Assembly: GCA_038496445.1 (NCBI GenBank)
Contig: JALMLS010000334.1
Location: forward strand, 244,124 to 308,123
Length of the DNA: 64,000 nt
Direction of reading: 5' to 3'
Origin: Trichosphaerium sp. ATCC 40318
Taxonomy: Eukaryota; Protista; Tubulinea
The notes beneath the pieces were generated by a model. That model worked only from the letters and a program-made list of their open reading frames with translations. It was not told the origin of the DNA and made no database searches. Shown here piece by piece: positions 43,509 to 57,500 of the stretch (position 1 is its first letter; each line of letters opens with the position of its first letter). The translations under genes and the position numbers were made by a program.

Positions 43509-44422
43509 TAGTTGCTGCTCAAAGTGGCACTATGAACTGTAGTGTAATATACGAATGAATTCACCTGTTTGTTTGCAAACGCAATCCGTTTATTTCTGTG
43601 AACAAACAATACTCTACATGTCTCTTTCTTTTTTTTTTTTTCCACAGGGGAATCCATTTAAGAATTAGACTGGCAACAAATAAAGTGCACAAATTAGAAC
43701 GTAGACAAATGAGTACTGGTACAATAACAACAACAGGGTCAAAAAGCAAAAGGTGTAATGTAATATTGTGGCACATAGTGTACAGAATCTTGCCTCTTTT
43801 TTTTTTGTACAAAAAACTACGATAACTACTTACGTTGCTCATGATGTCAAGTGATCCCTGTCATTACCGCTGCTCTTGTGCCTGGAGTTCCTTGGAAAAA
43901 AAGAGGCGTCTTCGGTGCAGAGACAGCAGTGACTTGAACATCTTGACTCTAGCACATTAAGACTTCAAAAAAAAAAAAAAAAGGTGTACTTGCTTTTTTC
44001 TACGGTGTAAAAAGAAATAATTTCAAAATTCAATAGTTAAAGGGGTGGTACGTAAGACTCGTGGGACTCTGTGCGGTGTTAGGAACGCTGTCTTGATGAA
44101 AAACATCTGTGAATAAAAGGGAATTTTTTGGCCTCAGTGAATGAATTGTGCAATGAATGAAACTTCATTTTTGATTTGATTTGATTTGGATATGAATCAG
44201 ATTGATGTGACACCAGTAAAATCTAATTTCTCTTCTATTCCTTCCCTTTTCAACAAAGGTTACAAACAACAGTAAAGATACGTAACAGGTCTATAACCAA
44301 ACAAGGAGAAGCCTAAAATGGAAATGTCAAAAAAAAGTGGTAAAGGGATGGATGTTTCGAAAACAAAACCCCGTACCAATCCGGACAGCTTGAGTTAAAC
44401 TCGTGTTTCACTGCGTAGCTGC

Positions 44423-45898
44423 TTAAGCAGGGGCAGTAGGCTGTGCGCCTTCTTCGTTGCCTGGTACTTTGTCAGTCTGTTGATTTGCATCGGTATCGCG
44501 TTGATCGTCACCTGTTGCATCTTCTCTAGGAGGAGGAGGAGATGTCGCACGTTCGCGTGAGTCCTCTCTGCCCCTATCGTCCCTATCGCGAGGGGATGGC
44601 GATCGCGCGCGAGAGACATCTCCACGATCTCTTGAATCATCTCTACGGTCACGCGAGTCGCTTCGGCCACGACCACGATCTCTGGAGTCGTCCCTATCTC
44701 TACCTCTACCGCGATCCCTAGAGTCGTCTCTACCTCTTCCACGATCCCTAGAGTCATCTCTGCCTCTTCCACGATCTCTAGAGTCATCTCTACCTCTGCC
44801 ACGATCTCTGGAATCGCCTCTGCGCCCGCGTCTACGATCGTCATAGCTGTCACGTGAATCTCTACTTGGGCTCCTAAGAAAAAAATTGGTTTTTCGGCCT
44901 TGGCTGTATTGGTACAATTTTACCTCTTGCGGTCATCCTCAAAAACAGCGATAGTCTTGCCTCTTGAGACATGGTTAGTGTGAAAACAAGGAGGGAAAGA
45001 GGGACTAAACTTACCTCAATTCGGTGTCATCTACCTTCTTTATGGCGTATTCCATGTCGTCAGTATATTTAAATTCGATGACACCTTTGAATTTGCCGTC
45101 TCTGTCAGTCCAGACGTCGCCATACAACACTTCGCCGCATGTGCTTCTAAAGTGATCCTAAATGCAGCGTCAGTAAACAACGAATAGCTGTTTTTGTTTT
45201 CTGCTGTTGTGGTGCGTTGCTATCACGTGCGAATTAAATCCACAGTGTGTATGCGAGAATATAAACCCAAAATTTTTTTACAACTCTTCTTAACTGACGC
45301 CTAGTACCTTCAGGTCTTGCCAGCTCATGCCGCGCGGTAAATTTTCAATGATAATTCTGTTTTCGCTGCGCTGTGGAGGACCTCCTTTTTCAAAGCCTCT
45401 ATCGCGGTCTCTACCACGTCCTCTGTCATCGCGGCGTCCTCTGTCCCTGTCACCGCGAGTGCCATGTGACATTTCGACGATTATCCTTTCGCCATGCTAG
45501 AGTGTTGGGTTAAAAAACGGTTAAAACCAGAAAAACAATTTTGTGAGTTAATAGGAAAATGCTTTTCACATGCCAAGTCTGTTCCATCCAATGCGCGTAT
45601 TGCATCGTCTGCGTCCCTTGGATCGTCGTATTCCTTTATAAACGGTTATGGTGGTAAATGTAATCAAATATAGAGCTTTAAGGTCTCTGTGTAACGTACC
45701 AAGAAAGCGTAACCGTGTTTAAGGGTTATGTTGCGGATAGGACCTAACAAAGTCGAATGAGGTTAACAAAAATGACCACATACAATAGTGAGCAACAAGC
45801 TACCCTGGCGTACCGTATTGATCGAAAAGATGATCTAAATCTCTCTCACGAGTGTGACTGGATAAACGACCAATATAAACAGTGCAGCTTCTTGACAT
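44423..45898 (-). CDS. SR splicing factor with two RRMs (SRSF4/5/6-like) and an RD/RS tail
   Basis: TVYIGRLS..RERDL, KHGYAFLEYDDPRDADDAI; pseudo-RRM RIIIENLPRGMSWQDLKDH; RSPSRD tail. Confidence 0.93.
44640..44860 (-). repeat. Coding 30-nt repeat RDDSRDRGRG in the SR protein tail
   Basis: About six near-identical units visible in ORF 44423..44917. Confidence 0.9.
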
Positions 45899-46225
45899 GT
45901 TCACTGTGAGATTGGTTGAGGGAGGAATGAACAAAGACTGCTTTTTGGGTGATACTTTGCCACAAAATATTTGAATTCAAAAAGAAAAGGTAATAAAGAC
46001 TACAGAAGTGCTTTGGTAGCTTGCGTTTATTTTAATGAAAAATTTTTCTGGGATAGCAGCACTGTTGCTCTCGTCTGTCAGGCGTATTTGGATTGCTTAA
46101 AATTTTGAATCCTCTCTTCGTTTTGCTACTTGAGTAAGTTCAACCGCTGTACTATGGACGGATAAAATGGGACGCACCTCATTTACAATGTATTCTTTTT
46201 TTTTTTTGTTTGTTTGTTGGCTTTA

Positions 46226-49200
46226 TTACACCACATTTAACAGATGTTTGAGTTGCTGAACAGCTGGTGGCGCGGGTTGTACCACCGAAAGTAGTATGCT
46301 TCTACACACATTGTAAACAAATAAAAGTTAATAGACGAGACGAGACGAACCTTAGTTGCATTGAAATGTACTGACGTTGCTCTGGATTGGAATGTGCTGT
46401 AAATACCAATAAAAATTCCCAGATTTGGGTGGAGCGAGCATCGTTGGAGTAACCTTGTGTTATTTCTACGGGCGCAAATGTCTTAGTTACAAGAATACAG
46501 AAAAGACGGCGTACGCGAATTAAACAGCCTGGAGAGGCTTCTAACAAGTTTGTTGCTCAAAGCAGCGAACAATGGATCAAATGATTGCATAAAGCCTTTT
46601 TCAAATCAGTCACACGTTACGCTTAACGGAATTTTACGTACTTGGGTCACGGCGATCAGTATAAGCGCGCTTTAGGAATCCCCATATAACAGCAGCACCA
46701 ATCTACGCTCAGTGAAAAAAAAAAACAAAAAAAAAAAAAAGGACCAAAATCGTATTTTTTTCCAACTGGGCACATCGTCATCATACCTTTGATTTTATGG
46801 CGCGTATCAATTTGCTTTCGTCATGGTGAGTGACCATGCTGTGTAAGCACATGAGTATTTGCGTTGGTTGTAGCATGTTGACAATGTGCATTACTACGGC
46901 GAAGGCGCGGCTCAAGTTTTCGTCATCCTTAAAAAACAGATAAAGTCAAAATCGATTTGAGAGATTTTACAATCACTGCAAATACGAACCTGAGCATCTT
47001 TTGGCGTGTGCACTATTGTGCTTAAATTACGGCAACATGCGAGAATGAACAGCAATATTTGTTGAGGGTACATCACCCGTAATACGCGGCCCAGAAGTTT
47101 ACGACCTTTGGCAGTAGTAAAAATAGAAATAAAGGGTTTGTCTTGTTCCCTATTTGTGAGTGTAAGAAGATGTGTCGAAAATTAAATAAATCAAAGTACG
47201 TTGCGAAAAATTGACTTGATGGCTCTGAAGGTGGGGGTGGCGTAGTTCTGGCAATGCCCAGCTGTTTGAAGAGTGTTATTGCCAGTTCCTTGCGCTTTTC
47301 GATCATGTAGTCCTTGTTCAGGTATTTTTTGCTGAAAAGGCTGTTAATTGAGAGTTTCTATTTGGTGTTTCTTGTACGTACTTTTGTGCTTTTGGATCTT
47401 GTGCCAGTATATCCAAATCTTCAATACACAGTAGCGTGCCCCACGCGTCCTCAATTCGTAGAAGAAGTCGGCGGTACGCTCGTATATTAAGTACATTTTC
47501 GGTAGTCTAAAATACTGTTAGAACCATAACACTCCGTTTTGGTCAGATTGGTAGGGTGTACCTTTTTGTCCAGGTTTGTTGGCAACTCCGGCTCTTTATT
47601 TGCATCCAATGACACGAGAGGCCGTGGTGCTCTTACAGAATGACTTGGGATACGACCCAGAACATTTTTGAAAGGATCTAAAGGTATCAGAAAAGTACAA
47701 GTGCCAACAGCTGCACGCATAGGTACCTTCTTGCTTGGCGCGCTTCTCCATTCGTTTTTCTTCGCGAGGATCCAACGAGTTGTCGCAAACAGGTCTATGT
47801 GGGCCTACAGCTTCCCCTACACAAGTGCGTGAGCGTTCTACAGTATTTCAACAAAGAGAAAACGCACTTGAACCTGCAGTTTTGACCAAGAAATAATAGT
47901 CATCAACAAATTGTGGTCGAAGATAATGTAACATTTGCTGCATGCGTATAATACTATCTATTTCTTGTGCAGTCATTCGCCTATAAGATGTTGTCCACCT
48001 TTGCCTGTGCTCCTTTTGTCGCTAAAATGGGTAGTAAGTATGTGTAGATAGATGGTACTTTTCGTTTGGAATCTCACTTTATTATTGTGGCGTCTATCAT
48101 CACCATTCCTGTGGTTATCGCGTGAATCTCTCCTATTTTTACTATAGCCATCGTTGTTTGAATGGCGATTGTTACGCGAGTTTGTAGAGTTCCTTTGCGA
48201 GTGCGCTGGTGCCTGTGTTTTTCTTTGCTACAACGAGATGTAAGTAATTAATGGAATTTAACAACACAGCACGTGCTTGATGCGCTTGCTCGTGGCCACT
48301 GTGCTTCGGTTGTCCACCAGGTATCGATCGCTGGTATCCTTGCTGTTCTGTTTGCATTGGTGCCTTTTGAGACGTCTGTTGTTGCAGCACTTGTTGTGAT
48401 GCTTGCTGAGATGAGTGATGTGGCATTTGTTGTGGCATTGGTTGTTGTGGTTGTGCTTGTGGTATTGGTTGTGGCATTTGTTGTGGCCTCTGTTGTGGTG
48501 ACCGCACCATGTGGGGTGGCATTTGTTGAGGTTGGCGACCCATTTGAGGAGGTACACGCATTGGCATGTGTTGTGGCATGTGCTTGGCAGGACCTGGCAT
48601 TCTCATCGGCGCCCTAAAACCAGGAGGCGCATTTGGCATAGGCATCCCAGGGTGCATCATGTTGGGCCCTCTTGGACCTTGCCTCATATGATTTGGATTG
48701 AGGCGAGGATCCATACCAGGCGGTGGAGCTACGTGACGAGCTGGTGGCGCGCCCTTTGATTTTTTTCAATAATTAAAACAAAGACATAAAATTACAATAC
48801 GATTGTAGGTACCTTGCCCTGCTGCATGCGCGCTTCCAAATCTTCTACTGACATGAACTTTGCGGGTGGTGCATTTTGTGTGGCAGGACCGCGGACAGTG
48901 GCGTTATGTGCCGGAGATCCTTGGCATTACATTAGATGATCAAACTCTTTTGTTATTTCTTGTATTTGCGAGTATTATTGGGTATAAATAGAGGGAAAAT
49001 AGCGCCTACCAGTCACAATTTGTTCTAGCATTGATTGTAAATTTGCTTCTTTACCACGGGGCGGGCTTTGTGGCACTTGGTTTGCGGCGTGTGAAGCGGG
49101 CCATTGTTGCTGCTGGCGCATAGTTTTTGGGCTAAAGACTGCGTCCTACAAAAAGGTTGAATCATGCAATTTGCCCAGCCAGATAGATACAACATAAAAA

Positions 49201-50017
49201 TGATAACAACAACAAATAAAATTACCAAAAAAAAAAACCACCACGTGTAGCGTGCATACCTTGGTCGTGTTTGGTTTGTTAGGATCTGATTGGGTCGTTT
49301 GTGCGTCTACACTCGTTGTCAATTTAATGTTATTGGCCAGCCACATAAATATTGGGTGTACATACGCTTATATTGACTTGTATCCCAGGCAGATGCTGAT
49401 GCTTCTTGAGATAGTTCTGCTGCGGACGCGCCCCATATGGAAGTGGATGTATTCACACTCGGTGCGGACCCTTGAGCAGTATTACGCGTGCGCAAATTTA
49501 ATGTTACATACCCCATGCTGTGGTTTCGAATTCATGGTCTCCGCCAAACGCCTCAGTTTGATCTAAATAGCCATCATCTTGTAGATTTATGGCGTTGAAT
49601 ATGTCAGAGAGTTCTTTTGATGAAATTAGTTCCTAACTATCAGTTACAACCGCCATTGTGTCAGTTTACCTCTTGGTGATATGTGTCTAGCCCCGTGTCG
49701 TTTTGTTGAGGCGTTTCATTTTCAGGAAGTTTAAACTCGTCTAATTCTTTTAAATCTATGAAGGAATGTTCCTCTGTTGCTAGAATTTCCTTTGCCAGCA
49801 TTTCTTTTTCAATTTGCTCTTGCTGGTGCATAAATTCCTCCATCTTGTTCATCGCGCTGCTGTCTTGCTCCCAGTCATCTCCTGATGCGAAATATTAACG
49901 TTTATCATCTACACTGTTTACACAACCTATTGCGCTTCCAAAATCAAAGTCAGTGGCTGGTTGCAAGTCTTCAATATCGCCAAACGTGTCATCGTTCAGT
50001 TCGTCAGCCGGTTCCAT
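46226..50017 (-). CDS. PAT1: mRNA decapping activator PAT1/PATL1
   Basis: Acidic N-terminus DELNDDTFG..FDF..DDWE; KFMSVEDLEA; P/Q/M-rich middle; RMTAQEIDSIIRMQ..VDDYYF; VLGRIPSHSVRAPRPL; helical C-domain with KGKRLY. Confidence 0.87.
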
Positions 50018-50155
50018 AGTATTTTAAGCTCAACCGATGCAATTTTACTATGTTATTCTACTATTGCTTGTTTCGACGCGTTGGCTACAATAAATCGAAA
50101 AATGTTGACAATTTGCGAACAACAAAACCATATTAACCAGCTCTACAAAACCGCA

Positions 50156-50367
50156 ATGCTCTGCAAGGAGTGTATTACGTGCTGTTGCGCACTGGGCCAT
50201 ATGTTTAGTGGATGTAGGTGTACAAACGAAACGAATGGAACAAGTAAGTGGAATTCGCTAAACCCAGCTCACGTGCAAGTTAATTATCTCTCTCCGTAAC
50301 TCTACGCTCCTAGGATGAGCAACTTTGTGTTTGGAGATCATGCTTCACGTGCCAAAACAGACATTAG
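50156..50367 (+). CDS. Candidate spliced Cys-rich micropeptide (about 31 aa)
   Basis: Removing introns 50172-50217 and 50244-50313 (GTAAGT donor) gives MLCKECVQTKRMEQDEQLCVWRSCFTCQNRH*; a third intron-like segment 50368-50407 follows the stop. Confidence 0.4.
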
Positions 50368-50457
50368 GTTTGTTAGGTTTTAGAGGTTGGTGACTGATTC
50401 TAGCTAGATACTTTATTTGTAGCACTGTGTTCAAGCGCTGTTGCATTGTTGATGCCT

Positions 50458-50986
50458 TTAAGTGGACGAGGCGCAAAGTCCTTCTTTTAAGGTGTTAAAT
50501 CGTGTAACGAGCTTGTCGTAATCTGATTGCCATGGTTGCCCTTCGGCTTCTTTACACCTCTGAGACAACAACCTTATCCGCGTTTTAATGCCATTTAGCT
50601 CTACGAGTGCGTCTCCAGATGGATTGGCGAACGCTCTGTCAACTATTAAAATAAAAACAAGTGTTGTGGTAGACATACTGTACTGTCAAAACAGCCCCAA
50701 GCAATTTACCGAAAGGAATTCCTCGTTCTATGCCTCTAGGTACACTACCATCAAAGCCTGCTTCAATCCCCTTGTCTATTGTTTGTGAATTGAAGTTTAT
50801 ACGTCATGTTTGTACCTTTCGCTGTCAAAGCCCCCTCTCTAAATCCAAACTGCACGTGTTTACGGGGGATGGAGAATACCTACGTACTTCCTTGTGCTGT
50901 TTTCTCAAAATCTCCCATTCTCGCTCTCTTGTCTTTTTATCATACGTCAGCGCGTCTCCTTCATCTTCGAGCCAATCCAGAGACAT
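50458..50986 (-). CDS. YAE1: Yae1-like protein (Fe-S insertion adaptor for ABCE1)
   Basis: REWEILRKQHKE|FGFREGALTAK|DKGIEAGFDG..RGIERG..GKLLG matches the Yae1_N G-x3 pattern. Confidence 0.72.
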
Positions 50987-51052
50987 AGTTAGCGTTGTAT
51001 TTTTTGATTTTTTTTGCTGTTTTTCAATTTTGTTTGACCGATCAAGAAGGTC

Positions 51053-53167
51053 ATGCTTACGCGTGTGCGGCACGTCGTTGCGTGTGGAAACTCTATACGC
51101 ATCGTACAGGGTAAGGTAGCGCTTATGTCATCAAATTGTACTCACTAAGCTTAGAACAACGTAAACGCTCGTGTGCCACTTCTAACGGCGTAAATTTAAA
51201 GGATAGAGTGCCGTTATTCAAGCTATTTGATAAAGAACAAGGTTTGCCTTTTGTTGGCAAAACATTGCGTATTGCTGGTTGGATACGCTCTCACAGAATC
51301 CAGGTTTGTTGGTACACGGTGTTCTATAAGGTGATTCGGTTGTAGGGCGCTGGGAGGTTTGCTTTCGTTCACGTTTCAGATGGCACTCATAATGATACCT
51401 TGCAAGCGATAGTAAACAGTGACGCTGCTGGATTTTCAGAGCTACAGGTGTTTGTTTGACAGATGACATTTCGGTGTCATGCATGTAGTCGTTTTATTCA
51501 ATTCCTGACTGGGTCATGTAGACCCCCCAAGGCGGTACTGGTGCTTCTGTTGTGGTTGAAGGAGAAATTGTCGCGAGTTCTGGAGGTAAACAGAAGGTGG
51601 AAATGGCTGTATCTAGATTGACTCTGCTTGGCGGCGCAGATTCTAGCGATTATCCGTTGTCAAAGGTGCGTCACTTTTCGCATGTTGTTTTTTGGCATCG
51701 AACGAACAAAATGAACATATGTTCCCCCATAGGGCCGAAAATCACTCGAGTTTTTGCGTAGTTGGGCACATATTCGATCTCGTTCTGCAGCGATCAGAGC
51801 TGTCATGAGTATCAGAAATATTTTAGTCTCAGAGACGCACAAGTTTTACCAAGACCGAGGTTTCATGAGTGTTCAGGTACCACCCAATATCACAACATTC
51901 TCTTGACATTATGCCTCTCTCATTTACACTAAGACGCCAATTATCACTCGGTCGGATTGCGAAGGTGCTGGTGACACTTTTGTCGTTCAACGATCTCAGT
52001 CCAGCAACGAGAAGAAGCAGCCGTACTTCCCTACAACAGCGTACCTCACAGTCAGCGGCCAGTTAAACGCAGAAGCCTTGACCAGCGGCGTAGCAAACGT
52101 TTACACATTTGGACCAACCTTTAGGTTCGTTTTGTGGTCTCCCGTGACCCCACCTCAAGTCGGTGCTTACATACTCTTTGTTTAAGAGCAGAAGCAAGTA
52201 GTACAACGCGTCACCTCGCTGAATTCTGGATGGTCGAACCAGAGATTGCTTTTGCAGATATGGATGAGGCCATGGACTTGGCGGAGGCCTACCTCAAGCA
52301 TATGGTAAACGCAGCTCTCAGTCGTGGTGGAGATGAAGTGTCCCAACTCGCCGCCTTGTCGCAGTTTGCCAACAAGGGAACAAAGAGGGCATACGCCAAA
52401 GACTGGTACAAGCAACAGACGCGCTAGTTTTTGACACTTTGATTTACAAGTTGCGTGTGCTGACTGTAGTGTGTTGGTAATAGGTTCAAGAAAAAATTAG
52501 ACGTACGCTTAAGCGAGATTGTGAAAGCAAGTTTTACAAGGTTGTCCTACACTGAGGCTATACAAGTACTCCAAGACTCCAAAGAAAAATTTGAGGTAGC
52601 ACCAGCTTTTGGTGTCGACTTACATGCTCATCACGAAGCCTATTTGACAGCCAAGTATGGTCCCGTCTTTGTCCATGACTGGCCAGCATCGATCAAGGCC
52701 TTTTACATGATGCTCAATGATGACGTGCGTCTTCTGACAAACAGTTGTCGTCGAAACGCGGTCTGACGAATCGGTTCATTTAGGGTAAGACTGTGAGAGC
52801 CTTTGATTTACTGCTCCCAGGAATTGGTGAGGTTATTGGCGGAGGGCAGCGCGAGCATAGGTACGTCACCGATTCTTGGGTACATTGTATCATGAGTGAC
52901 ATGTTGTTTAGGTTGCCTATACTTGAGGAAAGGATGCAAGCACATGGCCTAGACAAAGAGCATCTGAAATGGTATTGCCTTAGATTGCGTTTCCAGGATG
53001 GCATGTTATAACATTCTACTAGGTACCTAGATTTAAGGCGTTGGGGATCAGTGCCGCACTCAGGCTTTGGGCTTGGGTTTGAGCGTGCTGTTCAATTTTG
53101 CAGTGCAATGGAGAATATTAAGGATGTTGTACCTTTCCCTGTATACTACGAGCACTTACCTTTGTGA
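51053..53167 (+). CDS. NARS2: Asparaginyl-tRNA synthetase, bacterial/mitochondrial type
   Basis: [90 protein letters not shown]; presequence-like N-terminus. Confidence 0.93.
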
Positions 53168-53411
53168 GTTTATCAGCAAACAATCGAGGAATCAATGGAT
53201 GGTTAAAATAGGATTTGGGTTGCTGTCTGGATTTTTGATGATTATTTATTTATTTTTTTCGACAAGTTAGAAACAGAATCAATAACTCCACAATTCTTTC
53301 TTTCACAATTTTCAGCAAACAACTTTGTTAAATGCAACAATATAAATAGAAACCGCAGCAAGGTATTGTACAACAATAAGTTGTCTTTTTTTTTTTTGGG
53401 TATTTGGGTTG

Positions 53412-54346
53412 TCATGATGCTTTTTCATGTTTGGTGGAATCATCGTTGCTTGACAGCTTCAAAAAGTATTTGAGAAAATACTGTACTACCAATACAGATC
53501 CTATTACTGCTACTGCGACGGGTAGGATGTTGAGTATGCCAGATGCCTTTGGGACTTGTGATGTGAACGTTTTAATGAGCGTGCCAGTGTAAACATTTGA
53601 AATTACAAACGGTAGAGAACCAAACTGAGCAATGTAAGATTTGTAAAGTGTTTACGGATTGTACGCACTAGAGTTGCCAGGAAAAATTGTTGGAAAGTGA
53701 CAGATGTCAGCGCTAATCCATAATTGTTGAGCCATGACGGTATAGGGGAAAGCCGTAATGCCAGCGCCAATCGCCAGCCGTCCTGGAGAATAAATTGGAT
53801 GAGGTTGTTTGCGAGATTGTCAAACCTGCTTCATTGTTGAGAACACTTCCTTCCAACGTGCATTGCCATCTATGACGCCTTGGACCCACGATCGCATTAG
53901 CGTCCTAGTTGCGCCGTGTCAGAGGTTGACGTTTGATGGTGTTGACGTGCCTTCCCAATAAAAATCCAATGGAGCCTCCCACAGTCTTTGATGTAATTAC
54001 TAACAATACCCCTTGATGCACGGTTGGCTTTGGTGGGACTTGGTTGGGTGATGTAGATTTGACGTGCCTTTTCCCCAACCGAATAGAAGCCCAGCGGCCC
54101 ATTCGAATGCAATTGTGCCTGGAAAGCATAGCGTGACGCATATGGAGTGAATTGCAACCATTACGACGGGCCCTAGAAGACCTATATCTGTTACAAGCTG
54201 AAATGCCATGTGAAGGTACCTAGGGACTCCACCCACGCCACAAATTCGTTCAAACGCGCTTTGAGATCATTTACTGGGATAAAAAAGCCAGACACAACTA
54301 CGGCGATAATAATCGCTGTAAATATGCCAACGCGTGCGTAGCTCAT
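53412..54346 (-). CDS. TMEM64 / DedA-VTT (SNARE-associated Golgi protein) family
   Basis: TLCFPGTIAFEWAAGLLFG..KG, KTVGGSIGFLIG, GWRLALALRLSPIPSWLNNYGLALTSV, FFLAT.FGSLP. Confidence 0.88.
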
Positions 54347-54561
54347 TTGTTCGTGCTAAACGTGTGTTATGCGTGACTTGATGCAGTTTAAGCGTGGATT
54401 TTACACGTGTTTATTTACACGTGGCACCAAAACTTGAATCCAAAAAATATAGTGTCACTACTACTAATTGCAGTGGTGTGCGTTAAACTACAGTGACGGA
54501 GGTTTTACACTAATTTGGGTTTTTTAAAGTACAAAAGGTGGTTACAGTCCATGTAACCAAG

Positions 54562-57500
54562 TCAGGATGCAACCTTTATCTGCCCGTCCTCGCTTGAAAT
54601 TAACATGAGGTGGTGGAAGGGCAATGCGTTCACGGTCGTTAGTTGGTTTGGCTTGAGGCTGCTTTTTTGAAATCTCATGCGTTGTAGCTTGACGTCTTGC
54701 TGTGCCGTGTCCATTGATGCAACTGCAATCTTGTGACCGGCTACAGAAAGAAGCTCGTTTGAGAATCCATCGGAATAGATGGTGAAACTTTGGATCGGAT
54801 CTCTGTGTCTAAAATCGCAACGTAGTTAGCAAAAACGGGTAAAGCGCGTGCGACAAGAAGTGTGTTGGCACTTTTGGTGAGTCCTTACCCTTTAAATGTT
54901 TTCTCAAAACAAGCGGGGGATTTAGAGACATTCCACAAAGCTAGGAGCCTATCTGTTGAGCTTGATACAAGGTAATTACTGCCGTTCATCTTGTGGCTCT
55001 TGAGGTTAAGAATTTGTCCATCGTGTGCTCGCCAAGAGTTCATCAGTATACCGTAGCGGTAATCAACAAGAGTTATGTAGCCTTGCGATTGGCCTAGTAA
55101 TTGTTGTAAATGATAGACTGGGTTTTTGCTGGTTTGAAGCTGTCAAGCTAACTCACCTATAGCGATCATGGACATGTCAGGTACTGTAGTAATGGCCTTA
55201 ATAGGTCCAGACTGAGCCTGAGGCAATCGCCACTCAATCGCATTCGTAGAATTCCCTCTTACATCTCGTAGCGTCACCACACCGTTATTGGTGCCCATCG
55301 TGAGCATGGCGCGATCTACAACAAAAAATTATATCAAAAGTACCTCCTGTTTCTATTTCTATTTACGTACCGTTTAATGAATCCAAGGAACCATATGACG
55401 CCTCGTCTTCTAGTTGCAAGACGCATTTACCCACCTCAAAATCCCAGACGTGCACAGTGCCATCACAAGAAGCGACCTTGTAGTCCCAGTCAACGAACTT
55501 GACCTCGAAGACGGGATGTCTATGACCGTAGTAGGTTCTCTGCAGCAAAGGAGGTTATCACACGCCACGTGAACATAGGTGGATCGTACTCTTGCGTGTT
55601 CGCGATCGATTGCCCAGCATTTAACGGTGCAATCTCGTGCCCCTGAAATAAAGTACCTCTCGCAGTCGTGTACAGCAACAGAGCGTATGCTGCCCGTGTG
55701 CTCCTTGAACGAATGCAACACGTTACCTTTGAATGTCCATTTTCGTGAAGACTTTGCTGCAACATTCGTTGATGGATTGTATTGCAATCTATTTATCCAG
55801 GCGGGCGGCTTGTGATCCAAAGGGCTCGTGTGAACGAAGTCATGTTCTGCCGCAATGTCGTTAATTTTTTGGTTGATTCTGTAAAAGTAAGCCGTTGTTA
55901 GTCTTCCGCGATCATCAACGCGTAAAAAAAGTATCAAGAGATCTCTGATACAAAAAACCCAAATCGAACGTACATTTGACTCGCTGTAACTGAAGGGTTA
56001 GATCCATCAGCAAGAATTTCGTCTTCATAGCTCGTTTTGAGTCTTTTGACAAAAAAAGTAAGTTTGTAGGTTGAAGTGGTAGAGAAGTGAGTGGGTCAGC
56101 ACTCAATTCATAGAAAAAGGACATACGCATGTTCAAGCTCCCAAGCTATTCCTGACTCGGCGATGATAAACTTGAACAAGTTATAGAGGTAAGCAGCCAT
56201 ACGTCCATACATTAAACTAAACTTTGATTGCCTAATTATTGTACAGTTAGTTAACACCAAGCATAAAACAAAAATGGTGGGCGCTTACGTTTCCTGCTTA
56301 TCAAGATCCTGTGTATATCGCTCGTATTGGTGCAGGTACTGAGTCAAAAAGGGCTTCACCTGATAGGGGTGAGTTTACTGCTAATCCCTTTTTTTGTCTC
56401 AAGAATTTAATGAAAAAAAGTTAGGGTTCGTACGTAAGTGTCTGTGTGTACATCTCCTATAACGTTTACAATGCTCTTTATGCACCCACAAAGGCATGAA
56501 AAAAGTTCGTGAGACGGTAAGGCATCGGGATTTAGAAGTAAGGCCATGAGCGCCTTGTTGTCTTTTGGTTACAGTGTCATTAGCTACAAAAAACCATTTT
56601 ACTAATTGAAGAACCACGCACCAACTAAGAATGTTTTAAGAACGGTATCGGCGGACATTTTCTGTATGAGGCTGTGGTAGGTAGTCAGTAAGGAAAGCTT
56701 GTTTGGTTGTGCTCTGGAGATTGTACCTAGACAGAAGAGAAATAACGTTTATCAAGATTTCAGGTGAGTCCGCTTGGCTTCTGCTTGTCTGCTTTTGTAT
56801 CAGTTCAATCAGATAGTCAGTGATGTGGCAAGCCATAAAGTCTTCGCCTAGCGTATCACATATGGTAATGAGGGTGCTGATCAGTCTCGATGTATTTGGC
56901 CGTGTGAGTTCTCTCAATAGTGGGTGTATCACATTTGGCAAGTATAAAACTGATCCCATCACTGGACTAAAGGCCGTTGTTAGCATTGTGCATAATGGCA
57001 AAACAAAAACAAGTAGATCCGAGGTTTATCCGTACAGTAGTAGTACGATCGTCTGAGACGCTATTTTAGCGACTTTAGGCTCTGCAGCACGCATGCCAGC
57101 AATGTAGAATCGCAAAAAGTGTTTCATAAAGACAGCCTGACCCATTTTATGCATCATTGTACGTGCAAACCCAACACCTAAAATATCTTTTTGTGTCTCG
57201 TCCTTTTTTGTGTCCTAGATAAAAACATGAGGAACACTTATCACACATTTTGGAAATCAGAGGTGACAAGTTTGTCAATAAAATATTTAGTTACCTCATA
57301 AATAGCCAATAGTGGATCTAACAGATACTCTATACTTTTTCGTCGGCGCAATCTAGTACCAAGGGGCTCCACAAGTACAAGAGCAGAGCGTCTAGATTCT
57401 TCAAAATCAAAAAGCTTGAGCAAATAAGGAAGGATGATATCCAAGCCCTAAACAATAATATTATAAACACGCGTAGTTGTTGGTGTTTTATGGGTCAAAC

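Noticed and set aside
46713-46740. Long A tract resembling a retroelement tail (similar tracts at 7050 and 43967)
   Set aside because: These are intronic T-tracts of minus-strand genes or 3' flank; no target-site duplication or element body.
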